Assembly (NCBI GenBank): GCA_041598955.1
Contig: JBFHXN010000003.1
Span: forward strand, 1 to 24,000
Length of the DNA: 24,000 bases
Reading direction: 5' to 3'
Source of the DNA: Desulfuromonadales bacterium
Lineage (GTDB): Bacteria; Desulfobacterota; Desulfuromonadia; Desulfuromonadales; JBFHXN01
Numbering within the stretch: the first letter of the stretch is position 1; each line of letters begins with the position of its first letter. This document shows positions 19,866 to 24,000 of the stretch, one piece after another. Under the pieces are notes generated by a model. It worked only from the letters and a program-made list of their open reading frames with translations, ran no database searches and had not been told where the DNA came from. The position numbers and the translations under genes are program-made.

Positions 19866-22703
19866 TCAGGCCTCCGGTTCGGGGCGCCCGGCGCGGTCGG
19901 GACGCAGGTAATAGACGGAAGGCTCGGTTCCGAGGTGCTCGAAAACCCGGTAGGCCCGGTCGGCGGCTGTCAACCGGGCGATTCGGGAGGATTCGTCCTT
20001 CAGGTTGCCGAAGACCATGGCGCCGGAGGGGCAGGTCTGGGCGCAGGCGGTGACCACCTCGCCGTCTAGAATGGGGCGCCCCTCGTCCCTGGCCCGGTCG
20101 TGACCGGCGCGGATGCGCTGGATGCAGAAGGTGCACTTCTCCATCATGCCCCGGGTCCGCACCGTGAGGTCGGGGTTGAGCATCCGGTCGAGGGGGGCCT
20201 TGCGGGGGTGATCCCACCAGTTGAAGCGGCGCACCTTGTAGGGGCAGTTGTTGGAGCAGTAGCGGGTGCCGACGCAGCGGTTGTAGACCTGGACGTTGAG
20301 CCCCTCGGGGTTGTGGTAGGCCGCGTAGACGGGGCAGACCGGCTCGCAGGGGGCGTAGTGGCAGTGCTGGCAGAGCATGGGGAGGAACTCGGGGCGCCCC
20401 TCGGCGTCGTAGAAGGGCTCGACACGCAGCCAGGACATCTCCCGCCCCTGGAGGTGGTCCTTCTCCCCCGCCACGGGGATGTTGTTCTCCGCGTGGCAGG
20501 CGGCGACGCAAGCGCCACAGCCGGTGCAGCGGCCGAGGTCGATGGCCATGGCCCAGCGGACGTCGGGGTGGGGATGCTCGGGGTAGAGGCTGCGGCGGCC
20601 ATGGCCGGGGGGATGGTCGCGGTGCACGGGGTCGGGGATGAGCCCTCGCCCCTGCTGGGAGGTCGACCCGGCGAGGATGGCCAGGGGATGGCTCCTGCGG
20701 GAGGTCTCCAGGCGTGTGACGGGGAGCCAGGAGAGGGGTTCCCCGGTCTGCGGGTCGGCTTGGAACAGGGAGGGGTCGGCCAGGTCACGCTGGATCGCCA
20801 GGACCCCCTCGGGAAGCCCCGGCTGTACAACGGCGGGCAGCTCCCCCGCGAAGGCTCCTGCGGCGAGGATGAGCCCGTCGCGATTGACGACGCCGAGCCG
20901 GGCGGCCTCCCGGGGAGAGACGGAGAGCCATTGTCCGTAGCTGACGGTGGTGAGGGGGTCGGGGATTTCGGAGAGAAGGGGGAGGGCCAGGCCGCGGCCG
21001 TCGAAGCGGCGGATGGAGGGGGGGATGACCAGGACCGGCCCATCGGCCCCGGCCCCCGGCGTCACGGTCCGAAGAAAGCCGGCGGCCTCCGCAACCCGGA
21101 GCGTTGGGGAGGATTCCCGTGAGGTGCTCTCGGAAAATCCCCGGGAGATCAACTCCTTTGCTCCGGCTTCACCCAAGCCCCGGCGCCACCTCTGCTCCAG
21201 AAAGTGCCGGAAGTTCCCTCCCGGCCCACCGCCGGCCTGTCGCCAGAGGGCGAGGAGGATGTCCCCCTCGCCGAGGCTCTCCCCCTCGGGGGGGGAGGCC
21301 GGCTGGACAAGGGAGAAAAGACCCCGGCGCACCTCGGCGTCCCCCCAGGTTTCCAGGGGGTGGGCGAGGGGGAGGACGAGGTCGCAGGACCGGGCCGTTC
21401 CGTCGAGTCTCTCCGCCAGTGCCACCCGCAGCTGGGCCCTCCCCAGGGCCCCGGAGAGACCGAAGTCGGCCGGGGCATGAAAAAGGGGATCGACCCGGGA
21501 GAAGAGGAGGAGGCCGGCCCCGTCGCCGGCGAGGGTTTGGGAGAGGTCGCGGAGGGTTTTCAGGGAGCCGACCCCCTCGTAGTTGGCGCCGCGGGAGAAA
21601 TCGACGGTGCCCCCCACCATGCCGGCTGTCCACTGGAGAAGGCCGGCCAGGACGGCTGTCTCGAGCCCCCGGGGCTGCCCCGTGGCCACGCCCCCCGCCA
21701 CCAGCAGGGGGCGGCGGGCGGCGGCCAGGGAGGCGGCGAGCCCTTCGATCTCCTGCAGGGGAAGTCCAGTCCCGGCGGCGGCCTCCGGAGCGGTAACGGC
21801 GGGCAGGTGCTGCCGCACCGCCGGGGGAAGGCGGTCGCGGAAGGGGGCCGCCGGAGCGAGACGCCCCAAAAGGAAGGCCAGGAGCAGTGTCTCGGAGCCG
21901 GCCCGCAGGGTCATCCTGCGATGGGCGTTCACCCCCGTCAGGGAGCAGTGGGGCTCCAGGTGGACCCAGGTGAAACCGGGTGACTCGGCGGCCCGGGCGA
22001 GCTGCCGGGTCTGCTCCACGGGGCTGACGAAGGTCTCCAGGAGATCGGCTCCCAGGGTCAGCAGGAAATCGGCCTTTTCCAGGTGATAGCGGGGGATGTC
22101 GGGGCGGCCGAAGAGCAGGCTGTTGGCCATGCGCAGGGCGGGGTGGCCGTAAAGCTCGAAGTCGGGGAGCCTCTCCATGCCGAGGGCGCTGCAGGTCTGG
22201 TCGAGAAGATTAGAGAGGCTCCCCGTCGTGCGTCCGGCGAGCAGGAGGTTGCGTTGCCCTTCGCGCCGGGCCGTGGAGAGGGCCCCGGCGACGAGGGCGA
22301 GGGCTTCCTCCCAGTCGACGGGGGCAAAGGAGCAGTTCTCCCCACGGCGAAGGGGGGTGCGCAGCCGCTCCGGGTGGTAGAGCCGCCAGAGGGCGGCCTG
22401 CCCCCGCATGCAGAGGGCTCCGTCGTTGACGGGGTGTCCCGGCAGCCCCTCGAGCTTGACCGCCCGTCCTTCCCGCAGCCGCACCTGGATCCCGCAGCCG
22501 GCAGGGCACTCGCCGCAGGTGGAGGGAATCCAGCGCGCCTCGCCGGGGGTGACCCCGTCCTCGGGAGGAACCAGGTAGGAGATCAGGTCCTGCTGCCCCT
22601 TCTCCGAGCCGCAGGAGGTGAGAAGGGTGGCGCCTGAGAGCAATCCGAGGCGATGGAGGAATTGGCGTCGGTCCATGGTCCGGTCGGTCCTTTGGTCGTT
22701 CAT
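19866..22703 (-). CDS. ActB, Tat-signal molybdopterin-oxidoreductase-like + 4Fe-4S ferredoxin fusion subunit of Alternative Complex III
   Basis: The twin-arginine leader is (MNDQRTDRT)MDRRQFLHRLGLLSGATLLTSC, with a possible LTSC lipobox. The N-terminal MopB-type cluster is CGECPAGCGIQV. The C-terminal ferredoxin module contains CTGCGACVAACHAENN, CQHCHYAPCEPVCP, CVGTRYCSNNCPYKVRRFNW, CTFCIQR and CAQTCPSGAMVFG. Start candidates are 22703, 22676 and 22721. The track ORF start at 23168 overlaps ActA and was rejected. Confidence 0.8.
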   Translation of the reverse strand: MNDQRTDRTMDRRQFLHRLGLLSGATLLTSCGSEKGQQDLISYLVPPEDGVTPGEARWIPSTCGECPAGCGIQVRLREGRAVKLEGLPGHPVNDGALCMRGQAALWRLYHPERLRTPLRRGENCSFAPVDWEEALALVAGALSTARREGQRNLLLAGRTTGSLSNLLDQTCSALGMERLPDFELYGHPALRMANSLLFGRPDIPRYHLEKADFLLTLGADLLETFVSPVEQTRQLARAAESPGFTWVHLEPHCSLTGVNAHRRMTLRAGSETLLLAFLLGRLAPAAPFRDRLPPAVRQHLPAVTAPEAAAGTGLPLQEIEGLAASLAAARRPLLVAGGVATGQPRGLETAVLAGLLQWTAGMVGGTVDFSRGANYEGVGSLKTLRDLSQTLAGDGAGLLLFSRVDPLFHAPADFGLSGALGRAQLRVALAERLDGTARSCDLVLPLAHPLETWGDAEVRRGLFSLVQPASPPEGESLGEGDILLALWRQAGGGPGGNFRHFLEQRWRRGLGEAGAKELISRGFSESTSRESSPTLRVAEAAGFLRTVTPGAGADGPVLVIPPSIRRFDGRGLALPLLSEIPDPLTTVSYGQWLSVSPREAARLGVVNRDGLILAAGAFAGELPAVVQPGLPEGVLAIQRDLADPSLFQADPQTGEPLSWLPVTRLETSRRSHPLAILAGSTSQQGRGLIPDPVHRDHPPGHGRRSLYPEHPHPDVRWAMAIDLGRCTGCGACVAACHAENNIPVAGEKDHLQGREMSWLRVEPFYDAEGRPEFLPMLCQHCHYAPCEPVCPVYAAYHNPEGLNVQVYNRCVGTRYCSNNCPYKVRRFNWWDHPRKAPLDRMLNPDLTVRTRGMMEKCTFCIQRIRAGHDRARDEGRPILDGEVVTACAQTCPSGAMVFGNLKDESSRIARLTAADRAYRVFEHLGTEPSVYYLRPDRAGRPEPEA

Positions 22704-22729
22704 CGTTCCCCTGGTGTTCATTGGTGGGG

Positions 22730-23242
22730 TTACTGGTGGCAGGTCGCGCAGTCGGTCGGGGCCCCCCGGCCCCGGTGGCAGGTCACGCACCATCCCAACT
22801 CCAGGGGGCGCACCCGGCGCACGACCGTCATCCCCTCCACCGCACCATGGCAGGCGGCGCAGTCGAGCCCCCCACGCAGGTGGCGCTTGTGAGAGAAGTA
22901 GACGAAGGAGGGAAGCCCGTGGACCCTCGCCCACCGCAGGGGCTCCCCCCGTTCCACGAAGGCGGCCAGTTTGCGGATCTCGGGCCGATCGACGGCAACG
23001 CTCCGGTGGCAGGAGAGGCAGAGGTCGAGGGTTGGAACCCCCGCCTGACGGGAGCTCTCGGCGTGGCTGTGGCAGTAGGTGCAGGGGAGGGCGAGCCGGC
23101 CCGCATGCACGGTGTGAGGGAAGGCGATCGGCTGGGCAGGCGGTTTCTGGAAGGTTTCCCAGGTCCACCAGAGTCCTCCCGTGGCCAGGAGGAAGAGGCC
23201 GAAGTAGCCGACCACCAGAAGATTCAGAAAGAGGCGGAGCAT
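22730..23242 (-). CDS. ActA, membrane-anchored pentahaem c-type cytochrome of Alternative Complex III
   Basis: The N-terminal anchor is MLRLFLNLLVVGYFGLFLLATGG. There are five CxxCH motifs: CTYCH, CLSCH, CAACH, CVTCH and CATCH. The RBS GGGAGA lies 5-6 nt upstream of the ATG at 23242. A GTG at 23284 is an alternative start. Confidence 0.8.
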   Translation of the reverse strand: MLRLFLNLLVVGYFGLFLLATGGLWWTWETFQKPPAQPIAFPHTVHAGRLALPCTYCHSHAESSRQAGVPTLDLCLSCHRSVAVDRPEIRKLAAFVERGEPLRWARVHGLPSFVYFSHKRHLRGGLDCAACHGAVEGMTVVRRVRPLELGWCVTCHRGRGAPTDCATCHQ

Positions 23243-23309
23243 GAAGGTCTCCCGGGGAATGGTCCTTGAGGGGGTCCTGTCCACTCTGTCTGCGTGGCGA
23301 TGGTTTCCA

Positions 23310-24000
23310 CTATTGGTCCCCCGCCAAGAGATAGTGGACCACGGCGGCGATCTCGGCGTCGGTCAGACCCAGGGCCGGCATGGCCGGGTAGTCCTCCCGG
23401 ACCTTTCGGGGCTTTCGGATGAAGGATTCGAGGGCCTCGGCCCGTTCCCGGTAGGCCGGGAGGATCTCGTCGAGGGGAGGGCCCACCAGGCGCGTATCGA
23501 AGTGGTGGCAGCCGGCGCAGGAACGGTTGAAGACAGCCTCGCCGGAGGGGGCCATGTCCGCCTCCCTCTCCCCGGGCCCGGCGAGGACCGGGGATGCCGG
23601 TTCGGGAGGCGTCGACGCGGCCACCACCTGTTGGGGAGGAATTCCCTCGGGGATGACGTTTTCAATGGCCGTCTGCCCCCCGAGTACCCAGAGGGCGAAG
23701 AGGCCGATGACGGCCGCGAAGAGGGCCCCTCCCCGGGCACTCCCCCGGCCGAGGAAGAAGCCGAGAAGAAGCAGGCAGGCGAAGAGCGCAAGAAGCAGGG
23801 CCAGGGCCGCCAGGGCGAAGATGGCAGGGGAGCGGGAGGTCACCGGCAGGGTCAGCAGGTCGAAGAGCAGGGCGGGAGGAAAGAGGGGAAGGGCGACGGC
23901 GGCCAGCAGGGCTCCGGCGCGGCAGGTGAGCCGATTGTGCTCGGGGTCCTGGCTCCCCAGGCGCCCGGCGCGCTCTCCGAAGAGAAGGAGGGCCGCGCCG
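23310..24000 (-). CDS. Membrane-anchored monohaem class I c-type cytochrome; the reading frame stays open to the window edge, so it is probably 5'-partial
   Basis: The C-terminal domain FNRSCAGCHH ... PAMPALGLTDAEIAAVVHYL has one CxxCH plus a Met ligand. Hydrophobic helices lie upstream. The first canonical start is a GTG at 23843. However, 23844-24000 has no stop in this frame, about 87% GC3, and encodes another helix-like stretch (ALLAAVALPLFPPALLFDLLTL). Confidence 0.6.
   Translation of the reverse strand, partial: GAALLLFGERAGRLGSQDPEHNRLTCRAGALLAAVALPLFPPALLFDLLTLPVTSRSPAIFALAALALLLALFACLLLLGFFLGRGSARGGALFAAVIGLFALWVLGGQTAIENVIPEGIPPQQVVAASTPPEPASPVLAGPGEREADMAPSGEAVFNRSCAGCHHFDTRLVGPPLDEILPAYRERAEALESFIRKPRKVREDYPAMPALGLTDAEIAAVVHYLLAGDQ

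Noticed and set aside
16076-23168. Multiple long ORFs overlapping the ACIII genes (16076..17251 -, 17115..18278 +, 18574..19911 +, 18587..19771 -, 20100..21122 +, 21104..21983 +, 22618..23269 +, and the 23168 start of the ActB ORF)
   Set aside because: All have Gly/Arg/Pro/Glu-rich low-complexity translations in frames alternative to motif-bearing genes. The ActB extension overlaps ActA, and the Tat leader begins only at about 22703/22676.

Overview
High-GC (roughly two-thirds G+C) chromosomal window. Gene content and intergenic repeat families suggest a Geobacter/Desulfuromonas-like anaerobe; that placement is inference only. No transposase, integrase, phage gene or CRISPR array is visible.

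Layout:
(1) 1-9176, + strand: a tightly coupled operon-like block of exported proteins of unknown function. It has two tandem copies of a pair (PbH1/NosD-like beta-helix protein + triple beta-sandwich protein), then DUF3467, a third beta-helix lipoprotein, a shortened OpuAC-like binding protein, a Tat-signal DUF362 protein, and a NapH-like/NapG-like polyferredoxin. The polyferredoxin reading frame is interrupted by a single in-frame TAG.
(2) 9470-10727: a REC-GGDEF diguanylate cyclase and a small HTH protein.
(3) 10845-13501, - strand: DAHP synthase, then hgcA, then hgcB (mercury methylation pair; NVWCAAGKG cap-helix motif and C-terminal CC). HgcA carries a Cys/Pro-rich N-terminal tail.
(4) 13715-15925, + strand: yggT, divIVA, DUF167/yggU and a stand-alone response regulator.
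(5) tRNA-Arg(CCG) and a secreted MBL-fold protein.
(6) 17076-24000, - strand: an Alternative Complex III-like cluster (cytochrome c, pentahaem ActA, ActB, ActC, ActD, ActF-like).

At least four families of structured intergenic repeats occur, two copies each. The best candidate for an undescribed system is the 1-9176 block. All functional calls rest on motif recognition by eye; no database search was run.
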